A stretch of DNA of 64,000 bases from Patescibacteria group bacterium UBA1388 (GCA_002305355.1 DBQS01000016.1:36279-100278); one strand, 5' to 3'; positions 54,303 to 64,000 are shown, numbered from the stretch's first letter. Translations and numbers: made by a program. The notes: generated by a model from the letters alone, not told the origin.

Positions 54303-57300
54303 TTAAATGCGCTCTATAGCTTCGACCAACTTATCAAATTTTGGCTGGTATTTTTCACTGAAAGTCACCGGCGGCTTTCCTTGTGAGTTGCCAAATTGAA
54401 AAATATAACCCAAATTGTTTTTGTCTTTTCGTCCAGACGCATCGGCGGTATAACTGCCAGCATCACTGCTGTAATAAATCCTAATGAGTTCTAACACTTC
54501 TCTGGGTTGTGTTCGAAGTGTTTTAGCCAAACTTTTAATTTTTCGAACAGCTTTTTCTAGAGAGCCCTCAATTGTGGCAGTCACAAAATACTCACCCAAG
54601 ATATCCTGATCCACTACCGCCATTAATTTTTCCGATTCTTTAGGAGATAAACCGCAGGCCGGAAGAGCAAATTGTAGAATTTTTTTTGAGTACTCGTGTT
54701 GTTCAAATTTTTTGCCATCTTTTGCAGCCAATGATTTACCAATGTCATGGAGTGCCAATAAAATTCGGAAGTTGTCTTTGGTAATTGCACTCAAGTCATA
54801 GTCATTCGCAAAGTACTTTTCAAATTGTGCCATAACCATTAGGGTGTGCTCACGCAATGTGTATTTTTCGCTCACTCCAGAATCAAGCGTATATAGTGCC
54901 TTCATATACGGACAACTTTCAAATGCCTGAATTAATTGGTCTGGCGAAAATTGGCTTACGGTCAAGCAACTGTTAATTAGCTGAGAATCTATTTGGTTGC
55001 TTTGATAATCTTCAATGAAAAATTGCACTCTGCCATTTATGTCACAAACTGGAATATAAAAACCATTGTTGGCAATTTGAAAATAAAGTTGCTGTAGCTG
55101 CAAATCAGTCAAGTTGCCGTTGATCACAATCGCATCGATCTCTGTCGCGGCAATACCTGTCCGCACTCCATAGTGTCTCTGACCCAATAAACGTGACGGA
55201 ATTAATTCGTATCTATCTTTTCTTTTTCTTCTAAAATCTCCTTCTGGTTTAGTGTTATTTTTAAAGGAGAGATAAAACTGTTCCCTATCCCTAATTACAA
55301 AAGATACTCCACCATAATGATTATCTATAATACCCTGCAGATCTACTTCATGCTCATCTCCTTGTAAGTCTGAAGGTAAAATTCTAAAAAAATCTGCGTC
55401 ATAGGGGGTTCTATCTGAGTTAGCGGTATCACCCTCGGAACCAAGAAACTCCCTTGACTTAAAGCCGGTTTGTAATATGGAGTGACAATTATCAATATTG
55501 ACGGCTTTGATCAGATCACCAGCTGCAAAATTTAGTGTCCGATGACGATCGTCTCTGTTTTCAAATTGACTTTCAGCACTTGATCCTTGCTTACTCAACA
55601 GCTGCAAGGAACTAAGATTCCTTTCATGAGCTAATAATTTAACCTCATTCATCCTACTCAGAATCTCCTCAATCGTGCCATATCCGGCAGTAGAAAAGTA
55701 TTTTTCAACCAGATAATCTACTATGTTTGCGTCAGCAGATCCCACTAATTCTATTAATTGACGATATTGATCACTCAAAGGTAAATTTTTTTGAGGTACA
55801 TTATTTTTGGGATTCTTAATATCGTGGGATAGAATTGCTTTGATTTGTTGAAAGAAACTGTCTAATATAGTCGCCTCTTCCTCACTTACACCTTGAAATT
55901 CCGATGCACGAGCGCGATCTAATATGGCTTGATTTTCTCGCATCTCGGTTAGAAAAGACATTAGACTTTGATCCGCTGAATCAATGGCAATGTGTAGTAA
56001 ATCTCTCCAAAAAACCATTTTCACCACGTCAACATTGGATAGACTTTGCTCAGTTACAGTTCCCGATTCAATTAACTGATCAACATTTTCCGCGAGCATT
56101 CTTAAAAATGGGCTTAAATTTGCCTCACTCCCCCTACTCTTCAACTCTTTCCAAAATCTTGTCTCTCTGAAAATTGTGCCAGTCTGGAAATACAATCTCT
56201 CAAACACTAAATATTGCCTCACAAAAAGTGGTACATTATTGGCAATAAATATTTCTCCAATCTCTTTTGCAGCTTGCTTGGCTTGTTCTAAGGACAGCGG
56301 CAATAATTGTGGCAGCAATTCTTTGGAAAATATCTCAAGGTCTGGAATGCCTAATGATGAGATGTAATCATCAATATCCATGGCTTTCATGATATCGTCT
56401 ACACTCTTTAGACCAATACTGCTTAAGGTTAAATAAAGTCCTATTGATCTATTCTTTGATTTGTTAACAAATCTTTCATCAGCTTTGTATATTTTTAGCA
56501 TTTCTATAATCTGAGCAGCATTATTGCCGTCAAATAATTTAACCAATGCCAGTTGGATATAAGCATTAAATTCAAGAAAGTCGCGACTAGTCATCGTGTC
56601 TCTAAGAAAATCAACACACGCAAATGGATCTAGATCATCACACATATGTTCAATCGCGAACTTGACCCTATTAGTGAGTTCTCTATAAGCTGACGAGTTG
56701 ATCAGATTGCACGCAGTTTGTGCAGTTTTGATATCTACACCACGATTTATCAAACTATAAAGTGGTAGTGAATCCTTAAAAAATGATGAATTTCTCAAAA
56801 TAGAATTAATCTGTTTGGCGATAATTACATATTCACCGATTTGACCTGCTTTTTTATCCGGAATGATTGAATTTATCAAGCCTTTCTGGATAATCGTTTC
56901 AAAAGATGCAAATTCCTGGGCGTGTGACAATAGTGCGTCACAGATCTCCTTATTACTTAACAACCCTAAATATTTTTTGTATTCTTCCATGTTAAGCTGA
57001 TCACCCTTAGCAAATAAACTTGGATCAAGAAAATACTGTTCGAAATAATGCTCATCGTTTTCATCCCTGATCAACTCGACATAGAGTGAGAGAATCTCAT
57101 TCAGCTCATCTATTTGAACATGATAAAGAGTAATCAACTTAATCAACGCATCTACACCAAGATAGGAAAGATATTTAAAAGCCTTGTGTTCATAGATTTT
57201 ATCTTCAAACAAAAAGTGGATTAATAAATCCACCTCTTCTTGATAAGGTTTGCTTGTAAAGTAATCCACCAAAAATCTCCGAACATTGGTGCTCAAGCTA

Positions 57301-57533
57301 GCTAGCTGGGGATGAGTTAGTAATCGGACTACAAAATCATAAAGATCAGGATTTTCCAGATTCTTGATTTCCAACATACTCTTAATCTTTGGGTCGAGTT
57401 GTTGCTCCAGCTCTGCCAGTGGTGCATTATTATCTGAGATGGGATCAATAACTTCTTCAAGATCATGCTCTATTGATGTGGGTGGCAACTCAGCAACTGG
57501 TGATGCCAATTTATCTAATTCTGCTTCACTCAT
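54303..57533 (-). CDS. Giant orphan protein (1076 aa) with a C-terminal HD-domain phosphohydrolase-like module
   Basis: The only recognisable motif is LREHTLMVMAQFE ... ILLALHDIGKSLA ... EQHEYSKKIL ... VVDQDILGEY (H..HD..H..D). The first ~850 aa are helical and acidic, with no signal peptide and no family I recognise. Confidence 0.5.
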   Translation of the reverse strand: MSEAELDKLASPVAELPPTSIEHDLEEVIDPISDNNAPLAELEQQLDPKIKSMLEIKNLENPDLYDFVVRLLTHPQLASLSTNVRRFLVDYFTSKPYQEEVDLLIHFLFEDKIYEHKAFKYLSYLGVDALIKLITLYHVQIDELNEILSLYVELIRDENDEHYFEQYFLDPSLFAKGDQLNMEEYKKYLGLLSNKEICDALLSHAQEFASFETIIQKGLINSIIPDKKAGQIGEYVIIAKQINSILRNSSFFKDSLPLYSLINRGVDIKTAQTACNLINSSAYRELTNRVKFAIEHMCDDLDPFACVDFLRDTMTSRDFLEFNAYIQLALVKLFDGNNAAQIIEMLKIYKADERFVNKSKNRSIGLYLTLSSIGLKSVDDIMKAMDIDDYISSLGIPDLEIFSKELLPQLLPLSLEQAKQAAKEIGEIFIANNVPLFVRQYLVFERLYFQTGTIFRETRFWKELKSRGSEANLSPFLRMLAENVDQLIESGTVTEQSLSNVDVVKMVFWRDLLHIAIDSADQSLMSFLTEMRENQAILDRARASEFQGVSEEEATILDSFFQQIKAILSHDIKNPKNNVPQKNLPLSDQYRQLIELVGSADANIVDYLVEKYFSTAGYGTIEEILSRMNEVKLLAHERNLSSLQLLSKQGSSAESQFENRDDRHRTLNFAAGDLIKAVNIDNCHSILQTGFKSREFLGSEGDTANSDRTPYDADFFRILPSDLQGDEHEVDLQGIIDNHYGGVSFVIRDREQFYLSFKNNTKPEGDFRRKRKDRYELIPSRLLGQRHYGVRTGIAATEIDAIVINGNLTDLQLQQLYFQIANNGFYIPVCDINGRVQFFIEDYQSNQIDSQLINSCLTVSQFSPDQLIQAFESCPYMKALYTLDSGVSEKYTLREHTLMVMAQFEKYFANDYDLSAITKDNFRILLALHDIGKSLAAKDGKKFEQHEYSKKILQFALPACGLSPKESEKLMAVVDQDILGEYFVTATIEGSLEKAVRKIKSLAKTLRTQPREVLELIRIYYSSDAGSYTADASGRKDKNNLGYIFQFGNSQGKPPVTFSEKYQPKFDKLVEAIERI

Positions 57534-57801
57534 AGAGTCATCTTAGCAGATACAAGTAGGGGGATTCTAGATCTGCTTGACCAAGATTGGAAGTTTTAAG
57601 TTTTGTCTGGAGTAGTCAATCTAGCACAGAAAAACCTTTGCTCACCAAATTCTCTTAATAAATTATTAACTGCTACTTATTGCTTTTATAATCAATTCTC
57701 AATGATTATCTAGTTGCAGTCATCATAATTTTTTGCAATTGTATTGCAGCCAACTGGTAGTCTATGATTGAAATTGATATTAAGTTAGGTTTTTCATCCA
57801 T

Positions 57802-58785
57802 ATGGCCCAAACAAATGAGACAATACCTTTAGAAATTTTAGCAAGCGAAGAGATTCCATCTATTAATTCTAATGGTCGTCTAAGAAGAGTGGGCATGAGA
57901 ATTTTTCGAAAAGGCGCTGAGATATTAACTAACATGCCCGGTAGTGAAAATTTTGTTCCTTACTTAAGATTGGCTGCTTCTGAAACACTTTGTCGCTTTC
58001 AGTACGGACGGGGAGACATGCCTCTGGTAGTGGGTATAGAAACCACATCCATATGCAATCGAAAATGTTCTTACTGCACGCAAAACAACCCTGAATTTAG
58101 AGATAAACACCCTACTAAATACATGAGTGCAGATTTATATACGAAAATTATTCAAGAATTGGCGGAATTTCAAAGAACATTTGATAAGAAAGGGTTTTGT
58201 GGAACATTGCATTTAAACGGTTTTGGAGAACCTTTGAAAGATCCAAGCATTATCAGCAGAGTTGAGGAGGCAAGAAACGCACTAGCAGAAGCAAGAATTG
58301 GTTTTTATTCAAATGGTGATTTACTCACTGAAGACAAATATCTGCAACTACGCGCCGCTGGCATTGACGAGATTTTAATAACTCCCCATGGTGGTCAACA
58401 TCCAAAAAAATTAGTTTCCCTAGCAACAAAATATAAGCAAGATCGCATCATTACCTTGCTGCCTCCTTTAGTGACATATTCTAACCGTGGGGGCGAGGTT
58501 GAATTAGGCGATAAAACCCAACAATCCCCTGTCCGTCATTGCATTCATCCAACTTATGCATTAGAGATAACCTCGAATGGAGTGGCAATTTATTGTGCAA
58601 ACGACTCAATGTTAAGAAGACCCAGAGGAAATGTGGCAGAGTCTTCAATAATGAGTATTTGGGATGATCCAACTTATGTGAAATTAAGACGCGATTTAAG
58701 ACGCGGCAATATTGACCGGCTGCCGGATGTTTGCCTAGCTTGCAGAACCAATGGTTCTAATCCATCAGCAAACAATAATGCTTAA
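57802..58785 (+). CDS. Radical SAM enzyme with a SPASM/twitch-like C-terminal Cys cluster
   Basis: CxxxCxxC is TSICNRKCSYC (58054-58077). Also LHLNGFGEPLKDP. The C-terminal cysteines are CIHP...YCAND...VCLACR. A ~75 aa N-terminal extension is present. Confidence 0.8.
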   Translation: MAQTNETIPLEILASEEIPSINSNGRLRRVGMRIFRKGAEILTNMPGSENFVPYLRLAASETLCRFQYGRGDMPLVVGIETTSICNRKCSYCTQNNPEFRDKHPTKYMSADLYTKIIQELAEFQRTFDKKGFCGTLHLNGFGEPLKDPSIISRVEEARNALAEARIGFYSNGDLLTEDKYLQLRAAGIDEILITPHGGQHPKKLVSLATKYKQDRIITLLPPLVTYSNRGGEVELGDKTQQSPVRHCIHPTYALEITSNGVAIYCANDSMLRRPRGNVAESSIMSIWDDPTYVKLRRDLRRGNIDRLPDVCLACRTNGSNPSANNNA

Positions 58786-58808
58786 ACCAATTAAAACTTC
58801 TTAGAACG

Positions 58809-59384
58809 TTATCCGCATCTTTTTGAAATGCTGATAAATATATAGAGTAAAGCGAAAAATAAAATCGTCCAACTGAGAATAAACAAAATCAACTTCGGTG
58901 CAAGCAACACAGGAACCAACCAAACCACACTCACGATGGCTAGAGTAAATATTGATAAATAAACTAAGCTAATAAATATTACACTTTGCCTTAATTTAAG
59001 ACGTGATTGATTTTTCCAAATCCTTTTAAATAAAACCTGGGCCAAAAACCCAACCCCGGCCAACACTACCAAGACTATCAGCACCTGGATAAAACTAGTG
59101 TTTGGTACGAGTTGACCAACAATCAACAGCTCTACTGCTTGATATGGTTGTGCCAATAATATTTGTTTTTGATTGATTGTACTAGAAATATTCTCATGAT
59201 TCATACTCAGGGCAATTAGGCCGACCGGCAATGCTGATAAAATCAATAGATTAAAAATCAATAATCCCAGCAAGGTGTGAAGACAGTAATCAAGCAAAAT
59301 TTTGATGATTTGATGTACTATTTTTGGGCAAGAGAGAATTTTTGAATAATTTTTGCTTTTTTTCACTTCTTGATTATAGAACAA
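58809..59384 (-). CDS. Hypothetical membrane protein
   Basis: Five hydrophobic helices; no family recognised. Confidence 0.35.
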   Translation of the reverse strand: MFYNQEVKKSKNYSKILSCPKIVHQIIKILLDYCLHTLLGLLIFNLLILSALPVGLIALSMNHENISSTINQKQILLAQPYQAVELLIVGQLVPNTSFIQVLIVLVVLAGVGFLAQVLFKRIWKNQSRLKLRQSVIFISLVYLSIFTLAIVSVVWLVPVLLAPKLILFILSWTILFFALLYIFISISKRCG

Positions 59385-59493
59385 TTTTTGGGGATTTTTA
59401 AAATGTAAATTTAAATCTCGCTTCTTTATTGCATGCTAAATAATTTGAAATCAAATTTATGATCAGGTTTGAATCCATAAGTTATAATAACAT

Positions 59494-60966
59494 ATGCAAA
59501 AAGAACGACTTTCAAGAAGAGATTTTCTAAAACTGGCAGCAGTCCCAATCGGAGTAGCTATTCTCGGAATTGAAGACTGTCAAAATTTGCATGCAGAAAG
59601 TTCTCCCGATCAACTAATCACCCCCGAATCAACGGATGGCTCCTACTGGCCATCGATGTACGATGTTGGTTATTGGGATGTTGTGAAGAATCAAAGCTAT
59701 TACTACAAAATGGGAGAAGTAATCCAAAAAATTAAGTATAGCCACAACGTCACAGCTGTTGGTTTTGGTTTTGAAACGCATATCCCAATTGGTAAAGACA
59801 AGCGTGTAGGCCCCAACTCAAATACTGTTAGTGAAGACTGGTTTTCATCAACGCCAGAAGGATCATATCAATTTAGATATCAAGATTTTATGACAACTTA
59901 TGGGGAATATATGGAGTATCTATATAATCTCTCTACTAATGAGGGTTTTAATGATTTTAAGATCAATATTGAATATCGAGTAATTCAACATCTTGATCCA
60001 AGTGTCATGATGTGTGTATTAAGCGATTTAACCGACGCAATTACCTGTAATTCAAATAATTATTCACTAACACTCGTTAATATCAATTACCTATTAAATC
60101 CTCTGAACAACTCAAATGAAAATAAGCTGATTGATGGTGAAATACTTCGATTTGCACTTACCCATGAATTTTTGCATTCTACCCGTGACTTGAATGGATA
60201 TGTTAGGTCATATATGGATGAGGCGTTCGCTGATGCATTTGCTATTGATTACTACACCGCCCATCCGCTTACACCACTCTATGACAAACAAAAAGTGATC
60301 TCAATAATCAGGACTAATAGGGCAAAGTTATTCTTTGATCGTCGACAAATCAGCAATAAAGCATCAGAAGGTTACGAACACTCTGCCTTGGTTTCACAAC
60401 TGATGAGAAAATATCAATACAACTGGCAGCAAGTCTTTGCAAATCTTAAAGCCAGCAGATGTCACTTATTTCGATTATCCTATGACGAGATACTGCAAAT
60501 AATTTTCCCCAATATTGATCTTGAAGAAGCCTATGTCCAATATTTGGGGCAAGCCTTGCTAGATCCTGGTGTTGGAGACGCAGATTTGTTTGATCACGTT
60601 AGACAGATGCGGCAAGACAACATTAATTTACTGGAAATAGGTTTCCCAGACCAAACATTCACTCTTCAGCCGGGAGAATTCAAATATATTGCTTTTGATA
60701 CAACAAGTATTAGGGGTGATTTCACACCCCAGTTGAAAGTGACCGATGAATTGCTGGCAGGCATGTTGATAGAAGATGAACAACGCATTGTTAGAGTACA
60801 TAATGGCACACTTTTCCGTGAAAAAGATGAGGGCAGACACGTGGGTTTTGTGATCTATAATCATGGTGAGTCTGACGGCACTGTTGTCATGACGGCATTT
60901 GATTTAAGATCATTAACAGAAAGAACTCATTTGCCAAATATTTTAAATAGCTCCTCTCCATTTTGA
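59494..60966 (+). CDS. Tat-signal exported protein with an HExxH metalloprotease-like motif
   Basis: The N-terminus MQKERLSRRDFLKLAAVPIGVAILG matches the twin-arginine consensus S-R-R-x-F-L-K. HEFLH is at 60163-60177, followed by MDEAFADAF (gluzincin-like third-ligand context). Confidence 0.55.
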   Translation: MQKERLSRRDFLKLAAVPIGVAILGIEDCQNLHAESSPDQLITPESTDGSYWPSMYDVGYWDVVKNQSYYYKMGEVIQKIKYSHNVTAVGFGFETHIPIGKDKRVGPNSNTVSEDWFSSTPEGSYQFRYQDFMTTYGEYMEYLYNLSTNEGFNDFKINIEYRVIQHLDPSVMMCVLSDLTDAITCNSNNYSLTLVNINYLLNPLNNSNENKLIDGEILRFALTHEFLHSTRDLNGYVRSYMDEAFADAFAIDYYTAHPLTPLYDKQKVISIIRTNRAKLFFDRRQISNKASEGYEHSALVSQLMRKYQYNWQQVFANLKASRCHLFRLSYDEILQIIFPNIDLEEAYVQYLGQALLDPGVGDADLFDHVRQMRQDNINLLEIGFPDQTFTLQPGEFKYIAFDTTSIRGDFTPQLKVTDELLAGMLIEDEQRIVRVHNGTLFREKDEGRHVGFVIYNHGESDGTVVMTAFDLRSLTERTHLPNILNSSSPF

Positions 60967-61403
60967 AAATCAATTTGTCGTTTTTCTTGAATTTTTTTTG
61001 CTATCACAGCCGGCAAAATAACCAAAGACAAAAGTACAAAGAACCAAGTATCACCTCGCCAAAAATAGTAAGTTTGCAGCACTTCCGTCAAATTGAGATG
61101 ACGAATAAACACATTCATCCCCGTTTCAAACACTATCGTCATTATCATCCATATCAATCCTACAAAATAAAGATCCCGTGAACGGTAATTTTGATGCACA
61201 TTTTTTAGAAATGCGTATATCGCCAGTGCAAATAATAGTATTGCAGTTAATGAACTAATTTGATGAGCCCAAATGCCAATTATCGGTTCAAGTAGAGGTT
61301 TATAAGTTGTCTCTCTAATAACTGCATTGACCAGTGCCATTGATAGCAATATGAACCAGAAAGCAATTGATTTTAAATAAAAGCGATTCATTTTGATTAT
61401 CAT
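60927..61403 (-). CDS. Hypothetical four- to five-TM membrane protein
   Basis: An intact ORF whose 3' end overlaps the convergent gene by 40 nt. Confidence 0.4.
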   Translation of the reverse strand: MIIKMNRFYLKSIAFWFILLSMALVNAVIRETTYKPLLEPIIGIWAHQISSLTAILLFALAIYAFLKNVHQNYRSRDLYFVGLIWMIMTIVFETGMNVFIRHLNLTEVLQTYYFWRGDTWFFVLLSLVILPAVIAKKIQEKRQIDFQNGEELFKIFGK

Positions 61404-61596
61404 GTCAATGGTATTATCTAGTTTTTAAACAAAAATAAACACTCTCTAATTGTAAGACTGTAAAAATTTAACATACTTTCAATCAGCATAAAATAGTGGT
61501 TGTTATGATTAATGACATAATGCGCCATGTCAGTCACCTTAATGTGACAAAGATCACTTCAACACCTATAATCAGCTTCATCATTCATCTATAGCA

Positions 61597-62259
61597 ATGT
61601 CAAAACAAACTTCTCAACCCGTGATTAAATTTGCAGATGTTTCGCTGCAGTTTAGTCACAAAGAAATTTTTGATCACCTTAATTTGACTATCAATTCAGG
61701 AGAAAAATTGGTGATTTTTGGTAAGTCAGGGATTGGCAAAAGTTCCTTGCTCAAACTAATTTTGGGGTTCGTCAGACCAGACTCTGGCGATGTCTATATC
61801 TTGGATAAGAAAGTTTGTTCCAATCATATTAACTGGGTAAGAACCAAAGTGGCATACGTTGACCAAGATGTGATGATTGGCGAAGGGCAAGTTGAAGATT
61901 TAATCAATGAGTATTTTTCTTTTCAAGCCAATCAGCAGCTAACTGTGAGCCGAAAGAAGGTCCTCTCTCTCATGACTGAGTTTGAATTACCCTCAACCCT
62001 GCTTCAACAAAATATTCAAGAACTGTCTGGAGGAGAAAGACAGCGGCTAGCTTTGGTGATTGCTTTATTGCTAAAAAGACCAATTATTTTACTAGATGAA
62101 GTCACAGCATCACTTGATCCGACTTCCAAAAAAATTGTGATTGCCAATCTATTAAAACAGAAAGACCTGACTGCCATCATCGTCACCCATGATCAAGAAT
62201 GGAAAAAACTGCCCCAAGTAAAATTATTTGATTTTAAGGATCAGAAATGGATACGATAG
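61597..62259 (+). CDS. ABC transporter ATP-binding protein (small, FetA/YbbL-like)
   Basis: Walker A GKSGIGKSSLLK, signature LSGGERQRLAL, and Walker B ILLDEVTASLD. Confidence 0.85.
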   Translation: MSKQTSQPVIKFADVSLQFSHKEIFDHLNLTINSGEKLVIFGKSGIGKSSLLKLILGFVRPDSGDVYILDKKVCSNHINWVRTKVAYVDQDVMIGEGQVEDLINEYFSFQANQQLTVSRKKVLSLMTEFELPSTLLQQNIQELSGGERQRLALVIALLLKRPIILLDEVTASLDPTSKKIVIANLLKQKDLTAIIVTHDQEWKKLPQVKLFDFKDQKWIR

Positions 62260-63029
62260 ATATTTCGGTGCTAGGATTGATTGCTGCCTTTGCACTAATT
62301 ATTCCCACCTTGCTTGCTGATCAATATTTTCAGCTAGGCTTGCGGCGAGACTCGTTGACCTCAATTGCCAAAATGTCACTCCAACTAATGTTGGTTGGCT
62401 TTTTTTTGGAGTATATATTTCAGCAAAACAGCTGGTGGTTAAATTTGACTTGGTTTGCCTTAATGGTAGGTACAGCAGTTTTTTCTACCGTTGATAGAGC
62501 AAAAATTGATTTAAAACCCATCTGGTGGCTAATTTTGATTACATTTGCAATTCCTACTCTGCTAGTCTTGATTTACTTCAATTCTTTCATCATCCGGCTA
62601 GATTACTTATTTGATGCTAGGTATTTAATCGCATTAGGCGGTATGTTGCTTGGCAACGTTTTGAGCACCAACATTGTAGCAATCAATAATTTCTTTCAAA
62701 ATATCAAAGATCAACAGAAATATTATTTATATAGATTGGCGATGGGAGCAACGCGCAAAGAAGCTTTAGCGCCCTTTTTTAAACAGAGCGTGCAACTCGC
62801 CATCTCACCCAGCCTCGCCAAGACCGCCACGATTGGGATTGTGTCGCTTCCTGGCATGATGAGCGGCCAAATAATTGCTGGCTCATCTCCTAGTACTGCG
62901 ATTAAATATCAAATTGCCATCATGATTGCAATTTATGTGGCGAGCATGTTGAGCGTGATTATGACGATTCTATTGACCAGCTGGAAAAGTTTTGACGGCT
63001 GCGGAATGCTAAAACAAAGTCGCACTTAA
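62247..63029 (+). CDS. ABC exporter permease of the UPF0014 / FetB (YbbM) type
   Basis: About seven TM helices over 260 aa, overlapping the ATPase gene by 13 nt. The motif ALGGMLLGNVLS recalls the FetB family. The family assignment is from memory. Confidence 0.6.
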   Translation: MDTIDISVLGLIAAFALIIPTLLADQYFQLGLRRDSLTSIAKMSLQLMLVGFFLEYIFQQNSWWLNLTWFALMVGTAVFSTVDRAKIDLKPIWWLILITFAIPTLLVLIYFNSFIIRLDYLFDARYLIALGGMLLGNVLSTNIVAINNFFQNIKDQQKYYLYRLAMGATRKEALAPFFKQSVQLAISPSLAKTATIGIVSLPGMMSGQIIAGSSPSTAIKYQIAIMIAIYVASMLSVIMTILLTSWKSFDGCGMLKQSRT

Positions 63030-63168
63030 AATTTTAATCCTATTTTTTTCGGGCAGTATTCTTAGATTTTTTTTCTAGTAATATCTCAGGACTCATTTGA
63101 GTAATATGAAGAATGAGGGGTATCAGTACGACCGCTCCCGTTACAATCAAACCAATTATGAGTTGAAA

Positions 63169-63969
63169 TCATAAGCTGATATATTCTTTTGCGGCCGGCA
63201 CACTAAAATCATCTTTCACATCAGTCAATACTGTTGGCCAATTAGGTAAATCTGCTGGTAAATCTCCGTTGGTGTGAGTAATAACATAAACAAATTCATT
63301 ATTACGAGTCAATTCTTCCATCCCCATCATTTCTATTTCGTCAAAATTATCGTAAACATCAGGCGGATATAAATTTATCACCCAAACCATACTTTCTTCA
63401 TCAGCGCAAGCAGCTGGATTCTGTGGCTCAGTCTCAAAGCTGGCACCTTGATCTAAGCTATAACAATAACCATAACTGGGATACTCACCCTCTAGATGCA
63501 ACGGGCGTTGTTTAATTAGTCTAAAAACAGGATCATCCAAATAATAACTAAAACTATTGGCTGTATCCGAAGAATTTGCAACGTAAATTTTTCCTGGTCT
63601 GTCAACGTCATTTGCACCAGCGCTTGGCGCAGTGCTCATCTCTGTATCAGGAGCAGATTTTAATGCTACAGTTTGCAAACCAATAACTTTGTCTTCCCAT
63701 AGAGTAGCGTTGAGCAGATCATCGTAGCTGACAAATAATTGTATATCTTCACTAACATCTTGATCAATTTCTGCTTCAAAAGAAGGTTCTCTACCTAGTA
63801 ATTGATTAAGTTGCTCTAAAGAAGTAGCTGCATAAAAATCCTTAGGTTCCAAATTAAGATAAATCCCATTTTCTAGTTCTACGTCAAAATTAAAGTGTTG
63901 CCGAGCTACAAAGTCACCGTCTTGAAACACAAAAATTTCATCTAAATAGATATATTTCCAATTCTCCAA
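63169..63969 (-). CDS. Hypothetical acidic protein; the reading frame stays open to the window edge
   Basis: The ORF-track start is a TTG. The upstream in-frame codons (FTIAKDNDQI) carry no stop up to 64000, so the gene may continue beyond the window. Confidence 0.4.
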   Translation of the reverse strand: MENWKYIYLDEIFVFQDGDFVARQHFNFDVELENGIYLNLEPKDFYAATSLEQLNQLLGREPSFEAEIDQDVSEDIQLFVSYDDLLNATLWEDKVIGLQTVALKSAPDTEMSTAPSAGANDVDRPGKIYVANSSDTANSFSYYLDDPVFRLIKQRPLHLEGEYPSYGYCYSLDQGASFETEPQNPAACADEESMVWVINLYPPDVYDNFDEIEMMGMEELTRNNEFVYVITHTNGDLPADLPNWPTVLTDVKDDFSVPAAKEYISL

Positions 63970-64000
63970 AATCTGGTCATTATCTTTGGCAATAGTAAAG

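Noticed and set aside
57764-57832. 22-codon ORF (MIEIDIKLGFSSIWPKQMRQYL) just upstream of and overlapping the radical SAM start, considered as a RiPP precursor.
   Set aside because: It has no RBS or promoter evidence, it overlaps the enzyme start in another frame, and it shows no Cys/Ser/Thr-rich core. Evidence is insufficient.
61503-61520. AT-rich quasi-palindrome TTATGATTAATGACATAA upstream of the FetAB-like exporter, considered as a Fur-box candidate.
   Set aside because: The symmetry is limited to the outer 4-5 bases. Hexamer matches to GATAAT are expected by chance in AT-rich DNA.
63040-63150. Possible 36-codon single-TM ORF (TTG start, IVTGAVVLIPLILHITQMSPEILLEKKSKNTARKK) directly downstream of ORF 63169-63969.
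   Set aside because: It has a non-ATG start, no RBS, is very short and cannot be checked for conservation here.

Overview
This is a 64 kb, visibly AT-rich, densely coding bacterial chromosome segment. It reads cleanly with the standard code: TAA, TAG and TGA each terminate recognisable conserved proteins. I saw no rRNA, tRNA or CRISPR array.

Housekeeping anchors:
- argS, greA, pcm, dinB and ccdA
- hsp20
- an LCP-family envelope enzyme
- a Clp/Hsp100-like ATPase
- a small two-gene ABC exporter that I recall as FetAB/YbbLM-like

Other content:
- A type IV pilus-like module: pilB, pilC and four consecutive pseudopilins.
- Four histidine kinases and five receiver proteins.
- Glycosyltransferases: one GT2, a broken GT39-like gene, and one large GT-C-like membrane protein.
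- One intact IS481-like element with a 7 bp target duplication, plus degenerate copies of its end elsewhere.
- Many orphan secreted or membrane proteins.

Gene content, AT richness and the number of orphan proteins suggest an uncultivated monoderm-type lineage, possibly Patescibacteria/CPR. This is inference only and cannot be verified from the window.

Most interesting signals:
1. A roughly 10 kb single-strand operon (10161 down to 1). A four-enzyme cassette (Leu/Phe/Val-dehydrogenase-like, PaaK/F390-synthetase-like, divergent E1/ThiF-like, Acg-type nitroreductase) is translationally packed against a multi-TM GAF sensor kinase and the pseudopilin set. One of those pseudopilins carries an LVIVD beta-propeller.
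2. A response-regulator box of 11 bp-phased direct repeats sits at a fixed distance from -10 elements at three promoters around the 39975-41679 two-component system.
3. A run of three genes: a giant orphan HD-domain protein, a small membrane protein, and a membrane-anchored Hsp100-like ATPase.
4. A radical SAM/SPASM enzyme lies next to a Tat-signal HExxH protein.
5. A perfect 14 bp-stem GC-only palindrome lies inside a coding region.
6. Leaderless-type promoters recur, with a -10 box 6-9 nt from the start codon.

All functional calls come from motif recognition by eye. No database search was run.
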